Assembly: GCA_963828525.1 (NCBI GenBank)
Contig: CAWHEP010000008.1
Coordinates: forward strand, 506,445-570,444
Length of the DNA stretch: 64,000 nt
Reading direction: 5' to 3'
Source of the DNA: an uncultured Verrucomicrobiae bacterium
GTDB taxonomy: Bacteria > Verrucomicrobiota > Verrucomicrobiia > Chthoniobacterales > Chthoniobacteraceae
Shown piece after piece: positions 49,634 through 60,521 of this stretch. The notes under the pieces are model-generated. The model searched no databases and was not told the origin of the DNA. It worked only from the letters and a program-made list of their open reading frames with translations. Numbering within the stretch: the first letter of the stretch is position 1; every line of letters begins with the position of its first letter. Position numbers and translations under genes: made by a program.

Positions 49634-51004
49634 GTGGCTACGGAACATGAAACGATCGCGGCTGGCGTTGTCGGCCATCTACAGGCGAACGGCTTTGTGG
49701 CGTATTTCGCCGGAGGCTGTGTCCGGGATTCCTTGCTGGGGAAGGAGCCAAGCGATTACGACATCGCGACCAGCGCGACCCCGGAGCAAGTCCAGTCCTT
49801 GTTTTCGCGAACGGTGGCGGTGGGCGCGCAGTTTGGTGTTGTCTGCGTCATGGAAGGCGGATTCGAATTTCAGGTAGCCTCGTTCCGGGCCGATGGAGTC
49901 TACGTTGATGGGCGCCGCCCGGTTGAAGTCACGTTCTCCACGCCGCGGCAGGATGCTGAGCGGCGGGATTTTACCATCAATGGTCTTTTCAAAGACCCTC
50001 TGACTGGAGAGATCATGGATTACGTCGGCGGCCGCGCGGATCTCGAACGAAGGGTGATTCGAGCAATCGGCAACCCGTGGGACAGATTTCAAGAGGATCG
50101 GCTGAGGCTGTTAAGAGTGGTAAGGTTCGCTGCCAGTCTCGGTTTCTCCATCGATCCAGAAACATGGAAGGCAGCACGAGACTGCGCTCGCGAGATAAAG
50201 GTCGTAAGCCCCGAACGCATCCGGGACGAACTGACGCGCATCTTTGTTTCACCCACCCGGGCGCGCGGGTTCGATCTTCTGGATGAGAGCGGGTTGATGG
50301 GAGTGCTCCTCCCGGAAATCACCGCTCTGAAAAATTGCGAACAGCCGCCGCAATTCCATCCGGAGGGAGACGTGTTTGTACACACCCGGAAGATGCTCGG
50401 GCTGCTCCCAGCGGAAACGTCGGTGGCGCTGGTGTTTTCAGTGCTCTTCCACGACATCGGCAAGCCGCCCACGTTTAGCTACGATGAGACGGATCAAAGG
50501 ATCCGCTTCAGCGGCCACGACAGGCTGGGCGCGATAATGACACGGAGGGTCATGGAGAGGCTGCGTTTCTCGCGCGCCGAGATCGACGCGACCTGCGAAG
50601 CGGTCGAAAATCACATGGTTTTCAAGGATGTCCGGAACATGCGCGTTTCGAAGTTGAAGCGATTCATGTCGCGGCCGTACTTCGAGGACGAGATGGCCTT
50701 GCACAAGGTGGACTGCGAGGGCAGCCACGGAATGCTGGACAACTATGATTTTCTCTTGAAGAAGAAGGATGAATTCGCTAACGAGCCTTTAATCCCGCCG
50801 CCTTTGATAACGGGTCATGACCTCCTGCAACTCGGATGGAAGCCTGGCCCGCTCATTGGGAAGGCGCTTGAAGCCGCGCAGACACGCCAACTGGAAGGGC
50901 TGCTGGCAGGGCATGACGAGGCGCTGGAGTGGGTGACGGGGGCCTTTGGTCCCGATTCGAGCCGCGGGCGGCGCGCCGAGGCGGAAGAAATGAAACAACA
51001 ATGA
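49634..51004 (+). CDS. CCA-adding enzyme / poly(A) polymerase family with HD domain
   Basis: GGCVRDSLLG, DYDIAT, RRDFTING, EDRLRLLR, FHDIGK. Confidence 0.9.
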   Translation: MATEHETIAAGVVGHLQANGFVAYFAGGCVRDSLLGKEPSDYDIATSATPEQVQSLFSRTVAVGAQFGVVCVMEGGFEFQVASFRADGVYVDGRRPVEVTFSTPRQDAERRDFTINGLFKDPLTGEIMDYVGGRADLERRVIRAIGNPWDRFQEDRLRLLRVVRFAASLGFSIDPETWKAARDCAREIKVVSPERIRDELTRIFVSPTRARGFDLLDESGLMGVLLPEITALKNCEQPPQFHPEGDVFVHTRKMLGLLPAETSVALVFSVLFHDIGKPPTFSYDETDQRIRFSGHDRLGAIMTRRVMERLRFSRAEIDATCEAVENHMVFKDVRNMRVSKLKRFMSRPYFEDEMALHKVDCEGSHGMLDNYDFLLKKKDEFANEPLIPPPLITGHDLLQLGWKPGPLIGKALEAAQTRQLEGLLAGHDEALEWVTGAFGPDSSRGRRAEAEEMKQQ

Positions 51005-52164
51005 TCAATATCGACAAGCCGCTGGATTCAGAATCGTTCGCAATTGGCGCACTCTCACGCCCCGCCACTCCCACCGAACACAACGACCCCGTCAATTCGC
51101 GCATATTGGCGATATCGGAGGACAAGATACAGGGATTCGTCCGCGATCCCTTCACAGAAATCGCGGCGAAGAGCGGCGTCGATGTGGATACTGTGATCGA
51201 GCGCATCCGGGCGATGCTTGTTGCTGGGACCATCCGCCGGGTGCGTCAGACGCTGGTAGCCACAAATCTCGCGGAAGGCGCGCTGGTGGCGTGGAAGATC
51301 GCGGAACAAGGGTTGAACGCTGCGTTCGACTACATGTTCCAGCAGGATCCTTTTTCCGGGCATGTCGTCCTCCGCTCGACGGACGCGGCCACCGCCGGAT
51401 CGGAGTATCGGCTCTGGACGACCGTAAAAGTGCCGGCCGGATACTCGCTGGAGAAACACTGTGAACTGCTGCGGGGCAGAGTGGGAGCGGAACGTTTCCG
51501 GCTGATGCCCGCGAAGGGCATCTTCACGCTCGGGGTGGGGCACGTCCGCCGCCAGTCGCTGGAGCCGGGAAGCCGAGCCGACGACGCTGGCAGAAATGCT
51601 CGAGACCGGCGCGGCGCGGCTGACGAATTGCAATGGAAAGTGCTGCTCGCTCTCAAGCGCGAGTTCACGCCGGACGAGATCGGACCCGCGCCGTGGACGC
51701 GCCGCGCTGATGAAGCGGGGGTGCCGCTCCATATTTTCTTCGAGGTGGCGGAAGGTCTGTCGGCAATGAAGGTGATCGGGCGGTTCTCGACCTTCCTGGA
51801 ACATGTGAAGCCCTCGACGGGCGGGGTGAGAGTCACGCGCTTTAACGGGCTTTTCCACTGGGCGGTACCCGCTGGGCGCGAGAGAGAAGCGGGCGCCGAG
51901 GTGGGTCGGCATCACATCCTGACGCATTGCTATTGGCGGGAAGCAGGCGCGGACTTCAAAAATGTGAACATCATGGCTGTCGCCCATGGGACTGAGAAGG
52001 AGCGCCTGCTGGAGCACAAAGCCGCCATAGACCGGCACCTTGTTGACTGTGGGATCCCTGTTTCCTATACGAATGTGTTCTGGGGGGGGCGGAGCGAGAT
52101 CAAACCCTCCGAGATATCGCCTGTCGTCTATGACCAATGGATCAGGGAAAGCTCTGCCGCATAA
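51001..52164 (+). CDS. Lrp/AsnC-like protein resembling a fused siroheme decarboxylase (AhbA/B, NirD/L-like)
   Basis: Two HTH/AsnC-like halves: PF..IA..SG.....VIE...GTIRR; THCYWR...MAVAHG. Confidence 0.65.
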   Translation: MINIDKPLDSESFAIGALSRPATPTEHNDPVNSRILAISEDKIQGFVRDPFTEIAAKSGVDVDTVIERIRAMLVAGTIRRVRQTLVATNLAEGALVAWKIAEQGLNAAFDYMFQQDPFSGHVVLRSTDAATAGSEYRLWTTVKVPAGYSLEKHCELLRGRVGAERFRLMPAKGIFTLGVGHVRRQSLEPGSRADDAGRNARDRRGAADELQWKVLLALKREFTPDEIGPAPWTRRADEAGVPLHIFFEVAEGLSAMKVIGRFSTFLEHVKPSTGGVRVTRFNGLFHWAVPAGREREAGAEVGRHHILTHCYWREAGADFKNVNIMAVAHGTEKERLLEHKAAIDRHLVDCGIPVSYTNVFWGGRSEIKPSEISPVVYDQWIRESSAA

Positions 52165-52173
52165 TACCTGTCC

Positions 52174-52902
52174 ATGGCGAACACAGCGCAAGCGCGCGCA
52201 GGCACTGATTGGACCCGAAGCGCTTCCCGCAGAATCCCCTTGTTGTTGATAGGGGCAGCGCTGGCAGTGGCGCTCATAGCCTGCTCTTTCCTTTTTGACG
52301 ACGCGGTCGGGGCGTTCTTCAAGCTGCATCAAAACGCTGCCAATGACCACCTCGCGTCATTTTTCAACAAGTGGGGCGACTTCCCGCCTTTGATCATAAT
52401 GGGACTGGCGGGACTTGCTTACGGCTCGGCGCGGCGGGACCGAAGGCTGACGCAAATCTTTCTAGCCATGGTTATGTCCTGCCTGCTTGCAGGGGCGATT
52501 GCTGACACGACCCGCTTTGTCACCGGCAGGGCGAGACCTGGCGCCGACGTCTCACAAGGCTTCCACGGGATCGTGGTTGACGGCGACATGCTGCATCACA
52601 AGAACAAATATCGATCCTTCCCGTCCGCGCATACGTCCTGCGCGATTGGATTCACTGGGGTGCTTCTGTTCGCATGGTGGCCGGTCGGGCTGATTGCAGT
52701 CCTGGGCGGCTGCGCTGTCGGTTGCGCCCGCCTGTATGTGGGGGCTCACCACATTTCCGACGTCGTCACCGGTGGAGTAGTCGGCATGGCAAGCGCCTAT
52801 TGGGCCTGGCATTGGCTTGCGTCCCATCCCGGATGGGTGGACGCGGCATGCCGCCGACGTTCCGGGGATGAACCGCCAATCGGTTCAGCGCGAAAAGATT
52901 AA
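52174..52902 (+). CDS. PAP2-family phosphatase
   Basis: GRARP, SFPSAH, ARLYVGAHHISDV. Confidence 0.85.
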   Translation: MANTAQARAGTDWTRSASRRIPLLLIGAALAVALIACSFLFDDAVGAFFKLHQNAANDHLASFFNKWGDFPPLIIMGLAGLAYGSARRDRRLTQIFLAMVMSCLLAGAIADTTRFVTGRARPGADVSQGFHGIVVDGDMLHHKNKYRSFPSAHTSCAIGFTGVLLFAWWPVGLIAVLGGCAVGCARLYVGAHHISDVVTGGVVGMASAYWAWHWLASHPGWVDAACRRRSGDEPPIGSARKD

Positions 52903-52908
52903 AGACCC

Positions 52909-53379
52909 CTAGAACGGGATGTCGTCGTCTTCGGCGTCGAGATCGGGATCAGCTGCGGGCTTCGGCGGCGGAGTGGTCGCTCTGCCTGATGGGCGGCTTG
53001 AGGAGGTCGAAGGGCCGCCCTCGCCCATGTCACCACCGGCGCCAGGCTTCGCGCCCATAAGTTGCATGCCTTCGCCGACTACCTTAAGCTTGCTGCGTTT
53101 CTGGCCTGACTGCTTGTCATCCCACGTATCGAGCTGGAGTCTGCCTTCGATGAAGACGGGCCTTCCCTTTTTGAGGTATTCGCCGGCGATCTCAGCCAGG
53201 CGGCCCCAGAGCGTGACATCAACAAAGGTGGTCTCATCGCGTTTTTCACCATTCTCCGCGGCGAAGGTGCGGTTAATCGCCATGCCGAGTTCGGCAACAG
53301 CGGTTCCCTTGGGAGTATATCGAACCTCGGGATCGCGGGTGAGGTTCCCCATGAGCATGACTCTGTTAAAATTCGCCAT
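52909..53379 (-). CDS. ssb: Single-stranded DNA-binding protein
   Basis: NRVMLMGNLTRDPE...DDDIPF. Confidence 0.97.
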   Translation of the reverse strand: MANFNRVMLMGNLTRDPEVRYTPKGTAVAELGMAINRTFAAENGEKRDETTFVDVTLWGRLAEIAGEYLKKGRPVFIEGRLQLDTWDDKQSGQKRSKLKVVGEGMQLMGAKPGAGGDMGEGGPSTSSSRPSGRATTPPPKPAADPDLDAEDDDIPF

Positions 53380-53391
53380 GCGCGAACGATA

Positions 53392-53709
53392 TTAGGCTTC
53401 CGATTTCTTTGCGACAGTTTTCGCGGCGAGACGCTGAAAGTGCTGGCGATAAACGTCCGGGTCGAGCTTCAGCTTTGTGCGGAGACGCTCCAGAAGAGGA
53501 GGGTCGGCCTGGAAGATGAAGTTCACGAAGAAACCTGAATCCAAAGGACCGGGCGAATAGGAAAACTGACGCTTCTCCATTTTCTGAACCTGCTCCACCT
53601 CAGCTCCTTCTTTCTTGAAGTCAGCCTCAAGACGCTCAATCATTTCACGGACATTCTCGTCATTTCCTTTTATATTCAAGACCAGCAATCCTTCGTATCG
53701 ATTTTTCAT
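53392..53709 (-). CDS. rpsF: 30S ribosomal protein S6
   Basis: MKNRYEGLLVL...; size and position between pth and ssb. Confidence 0.85.
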   Translation of the reverse strand: MKNRYEGLLVLNIKGNDENVREMIERLEADFKKEGAEVEQVQKMEKRQFSYSPGPLDSGFFVNFIFQADPPLLERLRTKLKLDPDVYRQHFQRLAAKTVAKKSEA

Positions 53710-53720
53710 GGGCTGGCAGA

Positions 53721-54272
53721 CTAGTTGAATTTATTCATCGCCGCAACTATTCCATTTTCGCGAGCGAACCGTATCGCCACGACAGCGCGATCCAGCGCCT
53801 CATCAAGCACAACTGCTTCCTCGGGATCGAACCGCCCCAGGACGTGTCCGATCATCTCTCCGCTGCCCTCGGGAGCGCCAATCCCGATTCGGAGACGGCT
53901 GATCTCCTGGGTTCCCAACATGTCGATGATCGATCTGAGGCCGTTATGGCCCCCAGAGGAGCCTGAAGGGCGCAGACGGAGTTTGCCCAATGGAATGGCG
54001 ACATCGTCCAGGACGATGAAGACTTCTGACGGCTCAACTTTATAATAACGCGCAACGGCAGAAACGGGTTCGCCGCTTCGGTTCATAAAGCTCGTCGGCT
54101 TGCAAAAAATCACCCCTTCGGCCGCGGCAACCTCGGCCCCCCATTCCCTGGAGTTCCGGAACTGGGCGCCCTCCGCTTTGGCGAGCCTTTCCACCGCCAT
54201 GAATCCGGCGTTGTGCCGGGTGAGCGCGTATTCCTTGCCGGGATTCCCCAAGCCCACGATCAAGCGGAACAC
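53721..54272 (-). CDS. pth: Peptidyl-tRNA hydrolase
   Basis: LIVGLGNPG.EY..TRHNAGF, GGHNGL. Confidence 0.97.
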   Translation of the reverse strand: MFRLIVGLGNPGKEYALTRHNAGFMAVERLAKAEGAQFRNSREWGAEVAAAEGVIFCKPTSFMNRSGEPVSAVARYYKVEPSEVFIVLDDVAIPLGKLRLRPSGSSGGHNGLRSIIDMLGTQEISRLRIGIGAPEGSGEMIGHVLGRFDPEEAVVLDEALDRAVVAIRFARENGIVAAMNKFN

Positions 54273-54278
54273 ACCGCG

Positions 54279-54938
54279 CTACTTGCCCTTGTCGTCTCCC
54301 GCGTCGTCCTTCTTCTCCTTTATGACTTCGGGAGAAGCAGGGCCTTCAGCAGCAGGCGCCTCTTCGACCGTTGGGGCCGACACGAGGAATACGGTCAACT
54401 CGCCATCATCAACCGCGGTAACGCCAGCGGGTAGTTTGATGTCCTTGACGTGGATGGAGTCGCCGACATTCAGGTTTGAGACATCGACGGTGATGATCTC
54501 GGGAAGGTCGCGCGGAAGGCATTCGATCTCGAGCGACCGAACGCTCTGTTCGAGAATGCCCCCAAAATTGCGAACACCGTTCGGCTCGCCGACTGGTTCG
54601 ACCGGGATGTCGGCCTCAATGGTTTCATCCATCGAAACGGCGTGGAAATCGACGTGCAGTATCTCGCCGCCGATGGGGTGATGCTGCACCTCCTGAATGA
54701 GAGCCATCTTGCTGGATTTCTCGCCGCCATCCTCGATCTCGAGATCAACCAAGACATTCTCACCGGCGACATGGCCGAGGAGGTTCCGGATATCGCGAGC
54801 GGAGATCTGGAGGTTCTGGGGCTGCTGCCTGGCCCCATAAATCACTGCTGGGACAACGCCGTCCTGTTTGAGTTTATTGACGGCGGTGCGACCGACGAGG
54901 GTGCGTGTTTGGGCCGTGAGTTTTACTTGTTTTGCCAT
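54279..54938 (-). CDS. rplY: 50S ribosomal protein L25/Ctc
   Basis: VPAVIYG, EVQHHPI...HVDF, GDSIHVKD. Confidence 0.95.
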   Translation of the reverse strand: MAKQVKLTAQTRTLVGRTAVNKLKQDGVVPAVIYGARQQPQNLQISARDIRNLLGHVAGENVLVDLEIEDGGEKSSKMALIQEVQHHPIGGEILHVDFHAVSMDETIEADIPVEPVGEPNGVRNFGGILEQSVRSLEIECLPRDLPEIITVDVSNLNVGDSIHVKDIKLPAGVTAVDDGELTVFLVSAPTVEEAPAAEGPASPEVIKEKKDDAGDDKGK

Positions 54939-54942
54939 ATAA

Positions 54943-55914
54943 TTAAGATTTTTCCTTCGAGTCGCCGATCTCAAAAAGGGAACTCACGGATTCATCATTA
55001 TGAATGCGTTTGATGCCCTCGCCAAGTAATTCCGCGATGGAGACCACTTTTATTCGGGAGCCATCCCCCGCGCGGACGGGGACGCTATTGGTGGTGATAA
55101 GCTCGGTGATATGGGAATCCTTGAGGCGCTGGATTGCCAATTCCGTGAGGACGGCATGCGATACACCCGCATAGATGGTGGTGGCTCCATGCTTCTTCAG
55201 GATGTTCGCGGCGCTCGTCAAAGTGCCGGCGGTTTCGGTGAGATCATCCACGATGATGACCTGTTTGCCCTCCACGTCGCCGATAACATAAAGGGCGTCG
55301 GTCTCCGTGGCGCTCTTGCGGCGCTTCGCGACGATGGCGAGGTTCGCGCCAAGCGCCTGCGAATAGGCGGAAGCCATTTTCAGCCCTCCGACATCCGGGG
55401 AAACCACTGTTGTTTCAGCGCCTTGGAACTTTGAGCGAAGGTACTGGATCAGGACAGGAAGAGCGTAGAGGTGATCCACGGGGATGTCGAAAAAACCCGC
55501 CACCTGCTGGGCGTGGAGATCGACTGTCAGCACCCTGTGGACACCCGCCGCAACGAGAAGGTTCGCGATCAACTTCGCGGTGATGGGAACACGAGGCTGA
55601 TCCTTGCGATCCTGTCTTGCATAGCCGAAGAACGGGATGACGGCGGTGATCCTCGCGGCGCTGGCTCGCCGCGCCGCGTCCACCATGATGAGAAGTTCCA
55701 TCAGGTTCTGGTTGCTTGGCGGGCATGTGGGTTGAACGATGAATATGTCGCGCCCCCGGACGTTTTCGTTGATCTTGACGAAGGTTTCGCCATCTGGAAA
55801 CGAACTCACCGTCGCTTTCCCAAGGGGGACGCCTATGGAGTCGCAAATCTCCTGGGCAAGAGTGGGATGGGCGGAGCCGGTGAAAACCTTCATCTCAGAG
55901 TTGTTCCGGTGCAT
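54943..55914 (-). CDS. prs: Ribose-phosphate pyrophosphokinase
   Basis: FPDGE, PFFGYARQDRK, DLHA, VSPDVG, VDDLTETAGT. Confidence 0.97.
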   Translation of the reverse strand: MHRNNSEMKVFTGSAHPTLAQEICDSIGVPLGKATVSSFPDGETFVKINENVRGRDIFIVQPTCPPSNQNLMELLIMVDAARRASAARITAVIPFFGYARQDRKDQPRVPITAKLIANLLVAAGVHRVLTVDLHAQQVAGFFDIPVDHLYALPVLIQYLRSKFQGAETTVVSPDVGGLKMASAYSQALGANLAIVAKRRKSATETDALYVIGDVEGKQVIIVDDLTETAGTLTSAANILKKHGATTIYAGVSHAVLTELAIQRLKDSHITELITTNSVPVRAGDGSRIKVVSIAELLGEGIKRIHNDESVSSLFEIGDSKEKS

Positions 55915-56147
55915 GTTAGGAGTCTGGCGGCGGTTGTGTCACGAAACCGCAGTTGCAAACGAATTCGGCTCGATCAGGAGCGGCAGAGTAGGAAGCAACA
56001 GACGCCATGACAAACTATTTGTCACAGAAATGTAACGGAGCAACGCGCCCGGTGGTGAGATGCCATGGCGCGCCAGACCGGTACCCGCCTCCGGCGCGGA
56101 GTTTGTTCCCTCCGCGACCAAGGCGATTTTACGGAAACAGTGACGAC

Positions 56148-57803
56148 TTACAGGCCGTTCGCCTTGGCGGGCGCGCCCTGCTGCTCGGAGGAACCGATTT
56201 GGACGCCTGCCTTGCGCATGATCGCCATCTGCTCCGTCAAAGCGCTCTTGAGGGATTCCAGCGCCTTCTGCTGCTCGGCGATGGTTGCTTTCATGTCGCG
56301 CACCTCGCGGTGTTCCTTTAGGAACTCGTTCAGCAGCATCGCGTTTACAGCTTCATACCGGACCGTGTAAACCTTGCCATCCTGGTCGCGGGCGACGAGG
56401 TCGGGATCGACTTTGGCGACCTCCTCGGCAACAAGGCCGAACTGGGGAACGCCTTGCGCGTCGAACTCGGGCTTGTAACGGAAAGTTACCGGACGAAGGG
56501 AGAGGAGGGCCTCGCTTGAGTCGCGCATATCCCGGATGTCGGACTTGAAACGCGCGGAAGAATTGAGCGTGCCAAGCTGCCCGTTGGAATTTACGTAAAC
56601 CGCCACTCCGCTGGGAACGGTTTTCCCAGCGATGCCCGCGATGAAGGTGGCTGTCTGCTGATTGCCAATCCGCACAACGTTGCTGTCCGAGGCGAGACCC
56701 GGCGCGCCGATCTCGATGTTGTTGCTGCCGGTGGTGATTGCCGAACCTGCTTCATCCCCGAGGCCGGTGTTGTAGCTCCCGGTGGTCGTGTTGACGAGCG
56801 CATGATGACCGAAGGCTGTATTCTGACTGCCCGTCGTATTATTGAACAGGGATGAATACCCGGCAGCGGTATTCTTGAAACCACCGCTGTTTTCAAAGAG
56901 AGCATAGTCTCCGGACCCCGTGTTGTAACTGCCCGCCCCGCTGTAGTACATCGCGAAATTGCCGGTGGCGACATTCTCAGTGCCCGTGGTGTTTTTGTAG
57001 AGAGCGTAATACCCGGTCGCGATATTGTAGTTACCGGTATTGTTCAGACCGAGGGAGAAACAACCCGAGGCAGTGTTGTAACTCCCCGTCGAATTTCCAT
57101 AAAGGGCGGAATATCCGGTTGCGGTGTTTACGATTCCAGTTGTATTAAAAACGAGAGCGCCGACCCCTGTTGCGACGTTGTTTTGCCCAACAGAGTTGTT
57201 TTGGAGCGCGTAAGCCCCCGTGGCCACGTTGTTGAATCCCGAGGTATTATTCGACAGCGAGTAGTAGCCAGCCGCGGTATTATACCCGCCGGAGGTGTTC
57301 GTGTAGAGGGCGCCGTGGCCGGTAGCGACATTGAAGCTCCCAGACTGGTTTTCGAAGAGCGAAAAAGCGCCTTCAGCTACGTTATCGGATCCATTCACGT
57401 TATTCTCGAGAGCGTCAAAGCCGACCGCGCAATTATACTGCCCCACTGTGTTGCTGAATAAAGAGTAATCACCGCTTGCGGTGTTAAAGGAACCAGTTGA
57501 ATTCAACCCAAGTGCCAGTGTGCCAATGGCAGAGTTATAAAACCCGGTCGTGTTGGACTCGAGAGTTTCGAAGCCAGCGGCAGTGTTGAAAGAGCCAGAT
57601 GTATTTGATTCGAGCGAAAAAGCGCCGTCCGCAGTGTTCTGAATGCCGGTGGTGTTGGCGGACAGGGCGTAGGGTCCCGTGGCGACATTGAGCGCAGTTT
57701 GAGCGTTTGCTTCATGCGCAAGGCCGACGAGCGCAAGGGCCACGCCCGTGACAAGAACGAAGCCGCCGTTAGCAATCCGGTTTTGTGATTTTTTCGCTTT
57801 CAT
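56148..57803 (-). CDS. Exported repeat protein with C-terminal peptidase S74 (tail-fibre chaperone) domain
   Basis: Signal peptide, many 14-aa NTAxGxxAL.xNTTG repeats, SSARFKSDI...LRPVTFRYK...FGLVAEEV, coiled tail. Confidence 0.85.
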   Translation of the reverse strand: MKAKKSQNRIANGGFVLVTGVALALVGLAHEANAQTALNVATGPYALSANTTGIQNTADGAFSLESNTSGSFNTAAGFETLESNTTGFYNSAIGTLALGLNSTGSFNTASGDYSLFSNTVGQYNCAVGFDALENNVNGSDNVAEGAFSLFENQSGSFNVATGHGALYTNTSGGYNTAAGYYSLSNNTSGFNNVATGAYALQNNSVGQNNVATGVGALVFNTTGIVNTATGYSALYGNSTGSYNTASGCFSLGLNNTGNYNIATGYYALYKNTTGTENVATGNFAMYYSGAGSYNTGSGDYALFENSGGFKNTAAGYSSLFNNTTGSQNTAFGHHALVNTTTGSYNTGLGDEAGSAITTGSNNIEIGAPGLASDSNVVRIGNQQTATFIAGIAGKTVPSGVAVYVNSNGQLGTLNSSARFKSDIRDMRDSSEALLSLRPVTFRYKPEFDAQGVPQFGLVAEEVAKVDPDLVARDQDGKVYTVRYEAVNAMLLNEFLKEHREVRDMKATIAEQQKALESLKSALTEQMAIMRKAGVQIGSSEQQGAPAKANGL

Positions 57804-57972
57804 TTAGTCAGTCTCCTGGGTGCTCTGCATTCGGGGGTATTGCAACCAAACCGTTGTGGTTCGCAACTTCGTCCAAAATGCCTCGCGCGAGCTTCTCCTG
57901 TAAAGAGCAAACCGTGACCGAGAAGAAATATTACAATTATCAGACTGCACGGCCCGGACGCGGCAGAAGGCG

Positions 57973-60521
57973 TCAGACGGCGTCGCTTAGTAGCGCGAGG
58001 GGCGAACGCGCTCGATTCTGTCGGCTTATGAGCAATCCGGCGCCTATGGTGACCGACAGCATGATGAAGATCGATGAGATAATGAGAACGATAGGGATGT
58101 CGAAATGCACCTTAAATACAAAGATTGCCAGCGCCTGCGCGGCAGCTATGGAAAGACAGATACCAGTAAGAACGGCAAACATCCCTAATAGGGCGAACTC
58201 CACCACCATGATTTTGAAGACTTGGGAAGTCGTGGCCCCGAGCACACGCAGCAAAGCTTCCTCCCTTGCCCTTTCATAGCGGCTCGAGAAAAGCGCGGCA
58301 GCCAGAATCATCACCCCCGTGGCTAAAGTGAACAACGAGAGGAAGCGAATGACGAAAGCTACTTTGGTGAGCATGGCAGTCACTGAGGCGAGGATAGTTG
58401 CTATATCGAGAATGGAAACGCCCGGGAACTGCTTCACGACTTCACGCTGGATGGAAGCCGATTGCGCCGTATCGGCGGCCCTTGGTGAGCACGATGTAGG
58501 TGGTGGGAGCATCTTCGAGGACACCCAGCGGGAATATGACGAAGAAGTTTGTCCGGAACTTTTTCCAGTCAACCACGCGGATACTGCCAACGACCGTCTT
58601 AACTTCTACTCCCTGAACGTCAAAGGTTAGCAAGTCGCCGACGGTGACATTGAGATCCTCAGCGATGCCTTTTTCAAGGGACACCGGAACTGGCCCGCCG
58701 CCCTGCTTCCAAGACCCGGTAAAGACGCCGCGCTCCAGTGTTTCAGTGGCGGAAAGCCTGTCACGATAGCTGGAGCGATAGTCACGATTCAGAACCCATT
58801 CCTTGATGTGACTTGCCGGGTCTTTGCGGATCGAAGCCACGGGCAAGCCCTTGATATCGGCAATACGCATGGGAACCATCGGCACGTGATCCATGACCGG
58901 GGCGTGGAGTCGGGTGAGGAGAGCGCTCAGCGGTTCCCATTGTTCGATGCCGACATCGAAGAGGATCATGTTTGCGACTCCGTCCTGCTGGAGTTGAAAA
59001 CTTCCCAACAGCATGCGCTGGGCGAATGTTGTCGTAAGAACCAGGGCGGTTCCCAGGCCCAGCGAAAGCATGAGGAGCGTGGTTCTGTTGCCGGGACGGT
59101 GCAGATTCGCAAGGCCCTGGCGCCATACATAGGGACCGCCCGCGCTGAGGTACCGGCGCGCCACCGCGATGATCGCGCCGGACACCAGGAGCAGCACAGC
59201 GAGCATCACGGCGAGGCCGCCAGCCAGTGACAACCCGAATTTCCATCCTCCGCATTGAAATACGGCAAAGGCCGTGACCCCCGCGGCGATCAGGAGGTAA
59301 AAGAACCAGCGAGCGCGATCTTTTTTACCGGGGTCCAAGGCAGCCTCCCGCAGCACCACAAGGGGCGAGACATGCCTCAGGGAGCGCAGCGGCACGACAG
59401 CGAAGAGGGAACAAAGGGCGACCCCGGCCCCGAGTCCGGAAAGCACGGATGGGAGCGAAAAAGCAAAAGCGATTTTGACGGGGAGGAAATCGCCAAAAAC
59501 CGATGGGAGGATCGCCTGAACGCCCAGTCCGCAAAGGGCGCCAAGGGATGAGCCGACAACGCCTAGGGCGACAGCCTGGATGAGATAGACCGCGAGAGCC
59601 TGGGAGGATGAACAGCCGAGGCAGCGAAGAAGACCTACGGAACGAACCCGGGAGCGGATGTGCAGGTGAATGGCTCCGGCGACGGCGGTGGCTCCCAACA
59701 AGAGCGCGATGAAGCCGCTGAGATTCAGAAAGCGGTAGAGGTTTTCCATTTCTTGACCGAGGTCCTTCTTGCGTTTCGCCACGGTGTCACAGGTAAAACC
59801 GCGCGCCTCCAAGGCCTGCGCCGCGGGAAGGAGACGCTTCGGGTCCACGATCTTCAGGTAGGCGCGATAGGAAGCGAGGCTGCCCTGCCGCAGAAGACGC
59901 ATGGCTTCCAGTTTTGCGAAGGGGATATAGACGCGGGGCGCGAAGGACGAGAAGGCGAAAGCCTCGCCCGGGAGCTTTGGCGAGCGGTCCCGCAATCCGG
60001 AGACTTTCATCGCCGAGCCTGATCTCGCCGCCTTTCGCCTCGCCAAACTGCAACAGCAGGCTTTCATCCACAATCGCGCCCTCTCCCGCGCGGAACGCCT
60101 TGTCGGAGAGGGCGGGCTCCAATTTTCCATAGAAAGGGAAACCGCCTTCGATGGCGCGGATTTGAACCAGCCTGCTGCCCCCGGCGCGCGGGAAAGATGC
60201 CATCGAGACAAAGCGAACCTCGAAGGCCGCCGAATCACTCATGGAGATCGCGAGCGCCCGATCGCTGGGACTGAAAGGCCTGGAGGACTGCGCGACCACA
60301 TCGGCGCCTACCAGCATCCTGGCCTGCTCATCGACGGTCTTCCGCAACGCGGCGCTGAAAGAACCCATCGCCACGAGCGCGGCGACCCCCACTGCCACCG
60401 CCCCGGCAAATAGCGTTAGCCGGGCGCGACTCCTCCCGCTGTCGCGCCACGCCATCCGCCACGTCCAGCCATCGCCAAGCGCGGCGAAGAGCCCGCGCGC
60501 CGCATGCTGCTCCATCCTCAT
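57973..60521 (-). CDS. ABC transporter permease (FtsX/YbbP-like), two frameshifts (~59970 and ~58470)
   Basis: MAWRD...; LLRCLG; QGLANLHRPGN; ALLRVLGA spread over three consecutive frames. Confidence 0.85.

Noticed and set aside
39685..52350. Long antisense ORFs (e.g. 39685-40611, 41812-42789, 51055-52350)
   Set aside because: Shadow frames opposite well-supported genes, expected in high-GC DNA.
55915..56147. tRNA-Gln often found upstream of prs
   Set aside because: No cloverleaf, T-loop GTTCRA with matching stems or CCA end found by eye on either strand.
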